Positions 9,039 to 18,131 of a stretch of 27,195 nucleotides of DNA are shown here, in pieces. Source of the DNA: Elusimicrobiota bacterium (GTDB lineage Bacteria > Elusimicrobiota > Elusimicrobia > Elusimicrobiales > UBA9959). How positions within the stretch are numbered: the first letter of the stretch is position 1; every line of letters starts with the position of its first letter. A model generated the notes under the pieces. It was given only the letters and a program-made list of their open reading frames with translations. It was not told the DNA's origin and made no database searches. The DNA lies in assembly GCA_036574205.1 (NCBI GenBank), contig JAINCQ010000006.1:1-27195 (forward strand). Direction: 5' to 3'. A program made the translations under genes and the position numbers.

Positions 9039-10007
9039 ATGTGGTTAGTATTGTCATTTGTTTTAGGATTAAATCTTTTTTCTTTAACTGAGGAGTTAAC
9101 TGATTTTAATATTAATAAAAATATTTTAGAGGGATATCATCTGCCTCATCCAAATGCTGTTAGTGATAAATATAATCAGCAAAATATCGCTTTAAGAAAA
9201 ATAAAAGTAAATAAGGTACAACCTGATATGGATAATACAATAATACTTAAACTTGATAAAGGTGATATAGATTTTATGGTAAAAGACCTTAACAAAGATG
9301 GTTTTAATGCAAAAGCTTATATTGATAATCTTGGTTTTTATTTTATATCTGTAGATTTTACCGGCAAAGATATCCCTTATATTGCTGATGCTGCTGTTGG
9401 GCTTGGAAAGTATTACTATGTAAACGAAGTTCTGGTTAGCAAAAAGGTTTATGATGAAATTTTTGTATTAAAAAATAAGACAAATTTTAGCAAATCATAT
9501 GCTACCAGAATTGGAACCATAACAGGAGGGATGAACCACTCTCCAGTAGATATAACAATAAACAAGATAGCATGGACAATAAAAGGAGGAATAAATTTAA
9601 GTCCAGTAGATATAACAATAGATCATCAGAGTAAAACAATAAAAGGCGGAGTCAATCACAGCCCCGTTGATTTAAAATTTGAATGGTCAGATGAAGAAGT
9701 TATTATAGAGGGGGGAGCGAATTTGAGTCCTGTTAGATATAAAGTCAACTGGAAAAAAGGCATTTTAGAAGGATATTCTAATAATAGTCCTATAAAAGTT
9801 GAATTTGATATGAAAGAGGGCGTGGCGGGAGAAAATATTATTGAGATAAAGGGATATGCAAATTATTCTCCCGTTGAGTTAAAGTTTGATAAGATATCAG
9901 GAAAATTAACTGGCGGGATGAACTATTCTCCGGTTGATATAAAATTAGTTAATTGTGATTTATATGATTTTCTTCAATATTTTTTCCTTTTTTTAAATGT
10001 AAGGTGA
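9039..10007 (+). CDS. Secreted hypothetical protein with seven ~20-aa G[GY]xNxSP[VI] repeats
   Basis: GGAGG RBS, hydrophobic N-terminus; repeats GGMNHSPV, GGINLSPV, GGVNHSPV, GGANLSPV, GYSNNSPI, GYANYSPV, GGMNYSPV. Confidence 0.82.
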   Translation: MWLVLSFVLGLNLFSLTEELTDFNINKNILEGYHLPHPNAVSDKYNQQNIALRKIKVNKVQPDMDNTIILKLDKGDIDFMVKDLNKDGFNAKAYIDNLGFYFISVDFTGKDIPYIADAAVGLGKYYYVNEVLVSKKVYDEIFVLKNKTNFSKSYATRIGTITGGMNHSPVDITINKIAWTIKGGINLSPVDITIDHQSKTIKGGVNHSPVDLKFEWSDEEVIIEGGANLSPVRYKVNWKKGILEGYSNNSPIKVEFDMKEGVAGENIIEIKGYANYSPVELKFDKISGKLTGGMNYSPVDIKLVNCDLYDFLQYFFLFLNVR

Positions 10008-10174
10008 TTTATTACAATTAAAAACAATAGATAAAACCTGATTTCCAGTAAAACAAGAAATCTTAGAAATTAAATATTCAGAGTAGGGGGGAATTTATAT
10101 TATCATTTAATCCATATATTCAATTTAATAATTATGTATTATGCAAAAAATGCATTCTTCTACAATTTAGGTTA

Positions 10175-10320
10175 TGCAAAATATCAGAAACATATTAGAG
10201 AGATTTTTAAGGCCATTAAACCGTAGAATAATATTTGTAAAATATTTGTAAATCTATTGAAATGTGTAATAAAAAACAGATATATCTCCAATAGTGGACT
10301 GACCGGGGCGGCCAGTCCAG
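10175..10320 (-). repeat. Dispersed structured repeat, copy 3 (inverted, lacks first hairpins)
   Basis: The reverse complement matches copy 1 from the GC hairpin to TTTTGCA; contains a short tandem duplication of AATATTTGTAA. Confidence 0.9.
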
Positions 10321-10332
10321 TGCTCGCTTCCG

Positions 10333-10637
10333 GGACTGTAAAACCGTCCCTTCCCCCTTATATCTCCTCACCCTAACCCTCTCCAAAAAAGGAGAGGGGA
10401 TGTATTAAAATGGGGGAGGGGGCAAATATAAACATATGAAAGGAATTAAGCTGTCCTGAAATCTAATATTCATGCCTTGCTGACACTTATTTTCCTCTCC
10501 ATTGATGTGAGAGGATTAAGGTAAGGGTTAAAAAATGAGAGGGGAATAAGACAGTTAAACCATCCAGAAAGGTAATATTTATCACATAAAATTTAAGTGA
10601 TAGGGCTTATGGATTAGTATTGAAAAACGCAATAAAT
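10333..10637. repeat. Cluster of BoxC/REP-like palindromic modules
   Basis: 10363-10401 TCTCCTCACCCTAACCCTCTCC-AAAAAA-GGAGAGGGGAT is the reverse complement of 25132-25170 with 1 mismatch. 10333-10360 matches positions 3-28 (rc), 10537-10578 matches 25101-25141 (rc), and 10617-10637 matches 25285-25305 (rc). Confidence 0.8.
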
Positions 10638-10678
10638 TGGTTTTTAGATAAACAATTTAAAAATCATAAAAAGTCCAA

Positions 10679-10738
10679 CCTGCCTGTGCGTGTCCGCCTG
10701 ACTGCGAGTGTCTTCGCTCAGGCAGGCACTCAGACAGG
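10679..10738. repeat. GC-rich nested imperfect palindrome (REP-like)
   Basis: Outer arms CCTGCCTGTGCGTG..CACTCAGACAGG enclose inner arms GCCTGA..GCGA..TCGC-TCAGGC, within an otherwise AT-rich spacer. Confidence 0.55.
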
Positions 10739-10762
10739 TATGTATAGATATTTTACAGGTTA

Positions 10763-10792
10763 TTGACTTTAAACTAATTTTTAGGTTATAAT
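10763..10792 (+). promoter_or_regulatory. Sigma70-type promoter for parAB
   Basis: TTGACT (10763-10768)-N18-TATAAT (10787-10792), 80 bp upstream of the parA ATG. Confidence 0.65.
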
Positions 10793-10802
10793 TTATTTAT
10801 TG

Positions 10803-10820
10803 AGTTTTCACGTGAAAACT
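10803..10820. promoter_or_regulatory. parS-like centromere site
   Basis: Perfect 18-bp palindrome AGTTTTCACGTGAAAACT; its central 12 bp equal the parS consensus core TTTCACGTGAAA; directly upstream of parA. Confidence 0.75.
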
Positions 10821-10872
10821 TTTTAAGAAAATTAATTGAGTAAAAATTTTGAGGTATTGAAAGGGAGATGTT

Positions 10873-11697
10873 ATGTGTGAGATTGTGTGTATAGCAAATC
10901 AAAAGGGTGGTGTTGGAAAGACTACCACGGCTATAAATCTTGCTGTTGCTCTTGCAAGTTTTGATTTTGAAACCCTTATTATAGATTTTGATCCGCAGGG
11001 GAATGCCACTTCAGGTCTTGGTATAGAAGTTAAATCAGGTGTTAATACAATTTATGACGCAATTTGTGAAAATGTAAGTATTGAAAAAGCTGTGGCTCAA
11101 ACTTCTATAGAATGGCTTGATATACTTCCAACTGATCATAATTTGGCCGGAGCTGAAATAGAATTGGTAAGCGAGTTTTCCAGAGAAAGTGTATTGAAAA
11201 GGACGATAGAACCTATTAAAAATATGTATAAGTTTGTAATAATAGATTGTCCGCCTTCTTTAGGTCTTCTTACTGTAAATGCTCTAAATGCGGCTGATAG
11301 CATAATAACTCCAGTCCAGTGTGAGTATTATGCAATGGAAGGGCTTACTTATTTTACCACTACTGTTGATAAAATAAAACAGGCGTTAAATCCTAATTTA
11401 AAGATAGATGGCGCTGTTGTTACGATGTTTGATTCAAGAATTAATTTGGCTAATCAGGTGCTTGAAGAGATAAGAAAATTTTATGGCGAAAAACTTTATA
11501 ATACAGTTATCCCAAGAAATATAAGATTAGCCGAAGCACCTAGTTTCGGCCAACCTATATTTATATATGATCCAAGTTCAAGAGGAGCAAAGGCATATAA
11601 AAATTTAGCTGTTGAATTTTTGTCAAGAAGGGGATTTAACCCTGATGATTATAATAAATCAGAGATATCTGTTACAGATGAAGTCATACTGGAATAA
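10873..11697 (+). CDS. parA: Chromosome partitioning ATPase ParA/Soj
   Basis: ANQKGGVGKTTT, DFDPQGNATSGLG, IDCPPSLGLLT, PVQCEYYAMEG, IPRNIRLAEAPS. Confidence 0.97.
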   Translation: MCEIVCIANQKGGVGKTTTAINLAVALASFDFETLIIDFDPQGNATSGLGIEVKSGVNTIYDAICENVSIEKAVAQTSIEWLDILPTDHNLAGAEIELVSEFSRESVLKRTIEPIKNMYKFVIIDCPPSLGLLTVNALNAADSIITPVQCEYYAMEGLTYFTTTVDKIKQALNPNLKIDGAVVTMFDSRINLANQVLEEIRKFYGEKLYNTVIPRNIRLAEAPSFGQPIFIYDPSSRGAKAYKNLAVEFLSRRGFNPDDYNKSEISVTDEVILE

Positions 11698-11711
11698 AAG
11701 AAGGAGGAAAT

Positions 11712-12563
11712 ATGTCAAAAAGAGCTTTAGGTAGAGGAATAGATGCTATAATTTCAAAGGTCAACGAAAGTTCAAGGGAAACAGAATCAGTATATAAAAT
11801 ACCTCTGGAGAATATAATTCCAAATAGATTTCAACCAAGACATAATTTTGATGAGGATAATATAAAGGAATTAGCTCAATCAATTAAAGAAAACGGTCTG
11901 GCTCAACCTATATTGGTAACAAGGATAAACGAAAATAAATATGAGATAATAGCAGGGGAGAGAAGGTATAGAGCTTGTAAGTATTTAGGTTGGAAAGAAA
12001 TAGATGCAATAGTAAAAAATGAAATAAATGACAATAAAAAACTTACAATTTCTTTAATAGAAAATATCCAGAGAGAAGATTTAAATCCAGTGGAAAAAGC
12101 GCTTGCTTACAAAAAGATGATTGAAATGGGAATGAATCAGAATCAAATAGCCAGTTATTGTGGAAAATCAAAGGCTTCTATTTCAAATACTCTTAGAATA
12201 CTGGAACTTGACGATGAAATAATAGATGCTTTGAAAAATAACATAATAACAGAGGGACATGCAAGGGCTCTTATGCAAATCCCGGATATTGAGGAAAGAA
12301 AACGTGTTTATCAAAAAATAATAGTAGAAAAATTAAGCGTTAGAGATGTAGAAAATTATTCGAAACAGTTTTATTCTAACTTAAGGCCTAAATCCCAGAA
12401 AAAAACGCATAAAACTCCACATACAATAGAAATGGAAAAATATTTTGAATCAAAGCTGGGTACAAAAGTAGAGATTAAGCAATCAAGCGAAACATCAGGA
12501 AAAATAATTATAAACTATTTTTCATTAGAGGATTTTGAAAGAATAAAAAATAAACTTTCTTAA
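11712..12563 (+). CDS. parB: ParB/Spo0J partition protein
   Basis: PNRFQPR, GLAQPILV, IAGERRYRA, ENIQREDLNPVE, helix-turn-helix region, GHARAL. Confidence 0.97.
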   Translation: MSKRALGRGIDAIISKVNESSRETESVYKIPLENIIPNRFQPRHNFDEDNIKELAQSIKENGLAQPILVTRINENKYEIIAGERRYRACKYLGWKEIDAIVKNEINDNKKLTISLIENIQREDLNPVEKALAYKKMIEMGMNQNQIASYCGKSKASISNTLRILELDDEIIDALKNNIITEGHARALMQIPDIEERKRVYQKIIVEKLSVRDVENYSKQFYSNLRPKSQKKTHKTPHTIEMEKYFESKLGTKVEIKQSSETSGKIIINYFSLEDFERIKNKLS

Positions 12564-12577
12564 ATTAAAGGAGGAAT

Positions 12578-13582
12578 ATGAATTTTATAAAAAAAATGTT
12601 ATTTTTTAATACTTTTTTTGTTTTTTTGCTGCCTTCCTTCTCGCAGGAACAGCAGAAATATTATAAATTTCCTCCGATAAAATATGTATCTTTAATAAAA
12701 GACCTTAATGATTATTATTTATATGCAAACGGAGGATTTCATGCTGATTGGTACATAGGATATAATAATGCATGGATTGTAAAACTTCCGCCAATGGATA
12801 TAAAAAATTATTCAAGGGCTTATGTTGGCGTTAAAATGGGAAGAACAAAAAATAAAACATACCCAACATCTGATGATACAGATGTTTATGAAAGTAAAAT
12901 ACTTATTTCAGTTTCTCAGTCTTCTGTATTTCCGAGTTTTTCTTATGTTATAGCCGAAAATTCAGAGATACCTTTAGAGCCGCTTGCCGGTGATAGTTTA
13001 AAAAAAGTTGATAGCGCAAAATGGTTTTGGGTTAATGTTCCTTTAAACAGATTTTCATCTGAAAAGGATAATTATATCTCTGTCTGGGCTCAGTCTCAAG
13101 ATCTTTCCGATTCTTCTAAATCCCCTATAATAGCGGCAGGGTATTTAGAAGATGGAGTTGAAAATGTCTGGGTTAATCATTCTATAAAAGGAGCTATGCC
13201 GGTTAATGATAGCGCACTTGAAATGGCTATATCAGGGCTTAAACCAGCTATTGTTGTCAAGCTTATAGCTGAAAACGATTTTAAGGTAGTTATTAAAAAC
13301 TTTTCTTACGAATTTTTGGATGACAGATACATTTATAACTGGAATGTTATTGGGACTGATGTTTATAAAAGCTGGATTGAAATTTCTTATGACAGGCTTG
13401 AATGGAAGAAATATGGAGATTATGTTTATTCTCCGCCATATTTTATCTCTTTTTCATCAGCTGATATGCCAAAAGATATTTTTTATTTGAGAGCCTGCGC
13501 TACTGATATTTATGAGAATGTTGGTTGCTCAAATCATATAAATATGAATTTGATTAAACAAGAAAAGAAAGAGGATTTATGA
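12578..13582 (+). CDS. Secreted hypothetical protein
   Basis: 334-aa ORF with AAGGAGG RBS and a signal-peptide-like N-terminus; overlaps the asd start by 4 bp. No family recognised. Confidence 0.75.
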   Translation: MNFIKKMLFFNTFFVFLLPSFSQEQQKYYKFPPIKYVSLIKDLNDYYLYANGGFHADWYIGYNNAWIVKLPPMDIKNYSRAYVGVKMGRTKNKTYPTSDDTDVYESKILISVSQSSVFPSFSYVIAENSEIPLEPLAGDSLKKVDSAKWFWVNVPLNRFSSEKDNYISVWAQSQDLSDSSKSPIIAAGYLEDGVENVWVNHSIKGAMPVNDSALEMAISGLKPAIVVKLIAENDFKVVIKNFSYEFLDDRYIYNWNVIGTDVYKSWIEISYDRLEWKKYGDYVYSPPYFISFSSADMPKDIFYLRACATDIYENVGCSNHINMNLIKQEKKEDL

Positions 13583-14586
13583 ATAAACCAATATTATCAA
13601 TTGTAGGAGCGGGGGGAATGGTAGGGGGGGAATTGTTGGATTTAATAGTTAAAAGAAAATTACCTTATAGAGAGATAAGATTTTTTGGTTCAGGAAAGAG
13701 AAAAAAATATCTCTTTTTTAAAAATAAGAAATATTTTTTAGAAGAATCTACACTTGAAAAACTTAAAGACTCAGATATTGTTTTTTTTGTGAGTAGCGAT
13801 GAGGTTTCAAGAAAATTTGCAAAAGAAGTTTCTAAAGAAGGGGTATGGTGCATAGATGATTCTTCGGCTTTTAGAATGGATAAAGATGTTCCTTTAATAA
13901 TACCAGAAATAAATGGTAGTTTGATAAGCTCAAAAACAAAACTAATTGCCGGGCCAAACTGCACATTAACCCCGCTTGCTATTTCATGCTATAATATCCA
14001 TAAAAAATATAAAATTACGGAAATCAGGGTTGCTACATATCAGGCTGTTTCAGGCGCAGGGTGGAGAGCTTTGAATGAAATGTTTTATGAAGTTAAAAGT
14101 TTTATTAAAAATGGAAAAGTTAAAATAAAGGAAAAAGTATTGCCGAGACAAATCGCATTTAATCTCTTTCCGCAGGTTGGAGATTTTGATGAAAAGGGAA
14201 ATAGCGTTGAAGAAAATAAAGTAGAGGCTGAACTTAAGAAGATATGGGGGGATGAAAACATAAAAATGAGTGTTTATGCTGTTAGGGTTTCTGTAATAAG
14301 AGGGCATAGTCTTTGTGTATGGGTAAAAACCGAAAGACCATGGAAGATAGGAGATATTAAAGAGATACTCTCTAACACCAAAGGATGTAAATTTTTTGAA
14401 AATCATATTGACTATCAAACCCCCTGCGATGTTGAAAAAAAATATTATGTTACTGCGTCAAGACTTAAAACAACTCCATTTAAAAATGAATTTTCACTCT
14501 GGTTATGCGGGGATAATTTGTATAAAGGCGCAGCTCTAAATTCAATTCAGATAGCAGAGATAATTTTAGAGAGATTTTTTAAGTAA
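13579..14586 (+). CDS. asd: Aspartate-semialdehyde dehydrogenase
   Basis: VGAGGMVG, IDDSSAFRM..DVPL..PEIN, PNCT, TYQAVSGAG, RV.V..GHS, DNLYKGAALN. Confidence 0.95.
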   Translation: MNKPILSIVGAGGMVGGELLDLIVKRKLPYREIRFFGSGKRKKYLFFKNKKYFLEESTLEKLKDSDIVFFVSSDEVSRKFAKEVSKEGVWCIDDSSAFRMDKDVPLIIPEINGSLISSKTKLIAGPNCTLTPLAISCYNIHKKYKITEIRVATYQAVSGAGWRALNEMFYEVKSFIKNGKVKIKEKVLPRQIAFNLFPQVGDFDEKGNSVEENKVEAELKKIWGDENIKMSVYAVRVSVIRGHSLCVWVKTERPWKIGDIKEILSNTKGCKFFENHIDYQTPCDVEKKYYVTASRLKTTPFKNEFSLWLCGDNLYKGAALNSIQIAEIILERFFK

Positions 14587-14592
14587 TATCAA

Positions 14593-15420
14593 CTAAATAC
14601 TGTTTAAAATCTTCCTTGTGTTTGAGAGATTAATTAAATCATCTTTCAAACTTTTTTTAGGGGTTTCAAGAATTATTGGTATTTCTTTGAAACGAGTTAT
14701 TGAGAAGAAATTTTTAAATCCTTCTGTTTTTATTTCTCCTTTTCCTATATGATCATGTCTGTCTATTCTTGATGAAAGTTTAGTTTTAGAATCATTTAGA
14801 TGGATTAATTTAATGAGTTGTAAATCTTTAACTTCTTTTTTTATCCTTTCAAGATCTTCTTTTTTTCTTATATCATAACCAGCTTCAAATAAATGAGCTG
14901 TATCTAAGCAAATTCCAGAAAATAGACCAGTCTTTTTAAGTTCTTTATAAAACTTTATGAGATTCTCAATAACTGATGTTAATCCTGAGGCTGAGTTTTC
15001 CAGTAAAATTTTTGTTTTTATATTTAAATTGATATCTTTAAAAAATTTAATAGCATTTTTTATGTTTTCATCTATACTTTTATTTTTATTACATCTTATA
15101 TGTAATACATAATAATCAGCTGAAAGTTTGTTTGCGGTTTTAAGCTCACTTTCAATTAATTTTCTTGACTTTCTTATAGTTTCTTTATTTTCTGAAAGCG
15201 GATTTATTAAATAAGATGAATGTATTATAATGAAATAGATTCCTATCTCTTTTGATTTTAAAACAAAATTTTTAGCCTCTTCATTTTTTATTTCAAGCAT
15301 GTCCCAGTTTCTTGGCGAATGGCAGAAAAACTGCGTAGCGTTGGTTTTTAAATAACTACATTCTTCTAAAACATTTAATACTCCGCCATTTATTGAGTTG
15401 TGAACACCTAATTTTATCAT
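14593..15420 (-). CDS. nfo: Endonuclease IV (AP endonuclease 2)
   Basis: LGVH.S, HSSYLIN, LLENSA, CLDTAH..AGYD, HLNDSK, DRH.HIG.G.I, ILETP. Confidence 0.93.
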   Translation of the reverse strand: MIKLGVHNSINGGVLNVLEECSYLKTNATQFFCHSPRNWDMLEIKNEEAKNFVLKSKEIGIYFIIIHSSYLINPLSENKETIRKSRKLIESELKTANKLSADYYVLHIRCNKNKSIDENIKNAIKFFKDINLNIKTKILLENSASGLTSVIENLIKFYKELKKTGLFSGICLDTAHLFEAGYDIRKKEDLERIKKEVKDLQLIKLIHLNDSKTKLSSRIDRHDHIGKGEIKTEGFKNFFSITRFKEIPIILETPKKSLKDDLINLSNTRKILNSI

Positions 15421-16082
15421 AAATAAATAAAGCTTAATTGATAGAAATTAGTATTTTTATGGTATCTAAAAGATTGATATTCGTCATTTTTACAGTAAGT
15501 GCAGTCATTAATAATGTCTATATTTTCAGGTTTTATTCCTTCCTTGATTAAAAGATGAACATTTATCTCTTTTAAATCTATTTTAAAATGCTCATTGTCT
15601 ATTTCGTGGTAAAACTTAAAATCAATAATTTTTCTAATCTCATCTATTACATCATTTCTAACAATATAACAATTTTTACATATAGAAGGACCAATTGCTA
15701 CGACTATATTTTCATCACTTACTGAAAAGTTTTTTTTAATTTCCATTACACTCTTTCCTGCTATATTTTTAGCAGTTCCTCTCCATCCGCTATGAACACA
15801 TGAGACAAAATTTTTGTTTTTATCCGCAATTAATATTGGAAGGCAATCTGCTGTTTTAATAGCAATGGCAACATTTTTTAAGTTTGTTATTATACTATCG
15901 CCAGTAATTTTTTGGGTAAGCATATTATAATCATTTAAGAAAATGATATTATCGGTATGTTTTTGATTTAACAAGAAAACAGGGATATTCAAAGACAAAT
16001 CTTTATAATCTTTCAGTTTTTTTGAAAAACCGTGCTGTATGTTTGTTTTTTCTAAAAGATTTGATTTTATAATTTCTACCAT
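15417..16082 (-). CDS. pgeF: PgeF/YfiH family protein
   Basis: HGFS, LNQKH, KTADCLPIL, HSGWRG, IGPSI...CY, CT.C. Confidence 0.9.
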   Translation of the reverse strand: MVEIIKSNLLEKTNIQHGFSKKLKDYKDLSLNIPVFLLNQKHTDNIIFLNDYNMLTQKITGDSIITNLKNVAIAIKTADCLPILIADKNKNFVSCVHSGWRGTAKNIAGKSVMEIKKNFSVSDENIVVAIGPSICKNCYIVRNDVIDEIRKIIDFKFYHEIDNEHFKIDLKEINVHLLIKEGIKPENIDIINDCTYCKNDEYQSFRYHKNTNFYQLSFIYL

Positions 16083-16141
16083 TTAAGGATTACTACTCTT
16101 TAAAAAGATTTTTGATCTTGCCGATTTTTTTTCATAAAAAG

Positions 16142-17374
16142 TTAGAAGACAATTGAAGCAAATGATACAAAACCGCCAAATGGATCGTCAGCTTGAGAAT
16201 AATCCAAGAGCTCTGGTTTTGAATTTGGATTTAATGCTTTTATCATTCTTAAAGCGGAATAGATGGCAGAAAGCCCACATATGTTTGTGGCATTTTTTTC
16301 ACTCATAACAGACATATAAAAACCATCAGGGTCAAGATTGAGTATCTTGTCTATTTTTTCTTTGTCCTTTTTCTCTATCTCTGATTTTAACTGCGGAGTT
16401 ATTTCTATCGGATCACCAAAGCGAGGACCGACATGAGAAAGATCTGCACCAGCAAGTATGAGGACCTTTTTATTTTTCGCAAGCTCTTTTATAAAATTTT
16501 CAGTTTCTTTAAATAATTTCTCAACAGTTTCTATTTTTGATGGAGGACTATCACTAGCAAATCTTTCAAAGTTTGAAGTAAGTATTGGAATCCATTTTGG
16601 AGTTTCTTCCCGCCATATATATTTTAGCCACACTGCCTGAAATTCAAGCGAATGCTCGTTTTTATGATAATATTCTTCAGCATCTGGATCATACCATAGT
16701 ATTTCTTTGAATTTATCATAAATTTCTTTATCAACCTCTATCAAACCATATGGTGTTTCATATTTTTTTGGGGTTAATATGAAAGGACTGTTTCCGCCTC
16801 TGTGAGATGTGCCAAATGCTATAATTACTTCTGGCTTTATGGAATTATTAAGCTTTGCATAGGTAGCAGCGTAAACCCTTCCTCCTCTATGAAAATCTAT
16901 ATGCGGAGATATAGCCCCTGTAACAGGTGATATTGGAGTTATTTTTTCAATTCTATAAAACTTTGACATAAAGGATGTTAACTCCAGAATTTCCTTTGGA
17001 TAAGATAAACCAGAATGTATTGGTTTGCGAACATTAGAGTTTTTAAATTCAGATATTATTTTTTCCCTAAGCTCTTTTGATCGCTCATTTTCAAGGAAGT
17101 AAGCATCATCAAGCTCTTTTACAATGTGAATTAACTCTGATTCTGGCAAAAGAGTTTTAGTCTCTTTCATAATTTCAGTTTGGATGTCTTTTATTGAAGT
17201 ATTTCCATCAAACATCCCGATTATTATCAACATTTCAAAGGGCATTATGAGACTTTTATCGGTAAGTCCTTCTTTATCTCTAATCAAAATAAAATTTGCA
17301 TCCTGTTTTTCATCTCTTGCGGGCAGAATTTCTATTTCACTTCTTAAAAGCGGTTTATAATTTGAATCTATCAT
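16142..17374 (-). CDS. amrB: AmmeMemoRadiSam system protein B (Memo1 family) with N-terminal extension
   Basis: R.P.H.G.SYP, ISPHID, GTSH, ETPYG, H..EHSLEFQ, ADLSHVG..FGD, ICGLSAI, VSFAS. Confidence 0.85.
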   Translation of the reverse strand: MIDSNYKPLLRSEIEILPARDEKQDANFILIRDKEGLTDKSLIMPFEMLIIIGMFDGNTSIKDIQTEIMKETKTLLPESELIHIVKELDDAYFLENERSKELREKIISEFKNSNVRKPIHSGLSYPKEILELTSFMSKFYRIEKITPISPVTGAISPHIDFHRGGRVYAATYAKLNNSIKPEVIIAFGTSHRGGNSPFILTPKKYETPYGLIEVDKEIYDKFKEILWYDPDAEEYYHKNEHSLEFQAVWLKYIWREETPKWIPILTSNFERFASDSPPSKIETVEKLFKETENFIKELAKNKKVLILAGADLSHVGPRFGDPIEITPQLKSEIEKKDKEKIDKILNLDPDGFYMSVMSEKNATNICGLSAIYSALRMIKALNPNSKPELLDYSQADDPFGGFVSFASIVF

Positions 17375-17387
17375 AATTATATTTTAT

Positions 17388-17908
17388 CATATTACACTTG
17401 ATGGGGATGAGATATCCCACAACAAGACGAGATGTCTAATAAATGGCGCGGGCACATTTAGTGTAATATAGAAAAATCTTGAAGATATAAAAGGGTTAAA
17501 AGAACACTATGATATGGCGATAAGAGTAAATTTCTTAAAAGGAATGGAAGTAGAAATAGAATCACCGGCAAAAAAATTTGCCGATGTATTTGGCAAAGAT
17601 GAGAGATTTAATATTTAAGTGTGATTCTTATATAGGGAATAAAGATCAGGCAGTCGGTGAATTACTAGAAAACGGTGACATAAAAAAATACATGGACACT
17701 TATAATTGGGATAAAAATATTTATGAGGAAGGTGAAACCCAAAAATGCCTTGATTGTAAATTGTTGCCTATCTGTCAGGGGGGGATGTCCTCGTATGAGA
17801 AAGGAACAAAAAAACATATGTTATTTATCTGAAGACCAGTTGAAATCTGCTTTAATTAAAACATATAGATTTAACTTAAATTTACAAGAAAATTCCAAAA
17901 TTAGATAA
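17388..17908 (+). pseudogene. Radical SAM/SPASM peptide-maturase-like pseudogene
   Basis: Frame 1: HITLDGDEISHNKTRCLINGAGTFSVI*KNLE..IRVNF..DERFNI, with TAG at 17469. Frame 2: IFKC..G...VGEL..CLDCKLLPICQGG. A G-run frameshift then gives GGCP..C. The N-terminal CxxxCxxC region is absent. Confidence 0.82.
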
Positions 17909-17923
17909 AATAAAGAAAATAAT

Positions 17924-18031
17924 ATGTTTATATGGTATCAAAGAGGAATTAGTGACTCAGAAACAGTTGAAAGTAGTCGTTTCACTGGTGCGTGTTGCTT
18001 GAGCGGCGCATGTTGCAAGGAAGAGCGTTGA
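17924..18031 (+). CDS. Putative Cys-rich RiPP precursor peptide (35 aa)
   Basis: MFIWYQRGISDSETVESSRFTGACCLSGACCKEER*, starting 15 bp after the SPASM remnant. The two GACC copies differ only at synonymous positions. RBS is weak and the start uncertain. Confidence 0.55.
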   Translation: MFIWYQRGISDSETVESSRFTGACCLSGACCKEER

Positions 18032-18131
18032 AAAAAGATATTCTGAGTAAAATAGGAGTGGTTCTTGAGGAAGATTGCATGGTTTAAAAAAGATAAAATT
18101 TGCTTAGTTTAGATAAATAATTATTTCAGGT

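Noticed and set aside
17578..17908. Two independent small genes (84 aa and 61 aa)
   Set aside because: They are consecutive frameshifted pieces of one SPASM domain.
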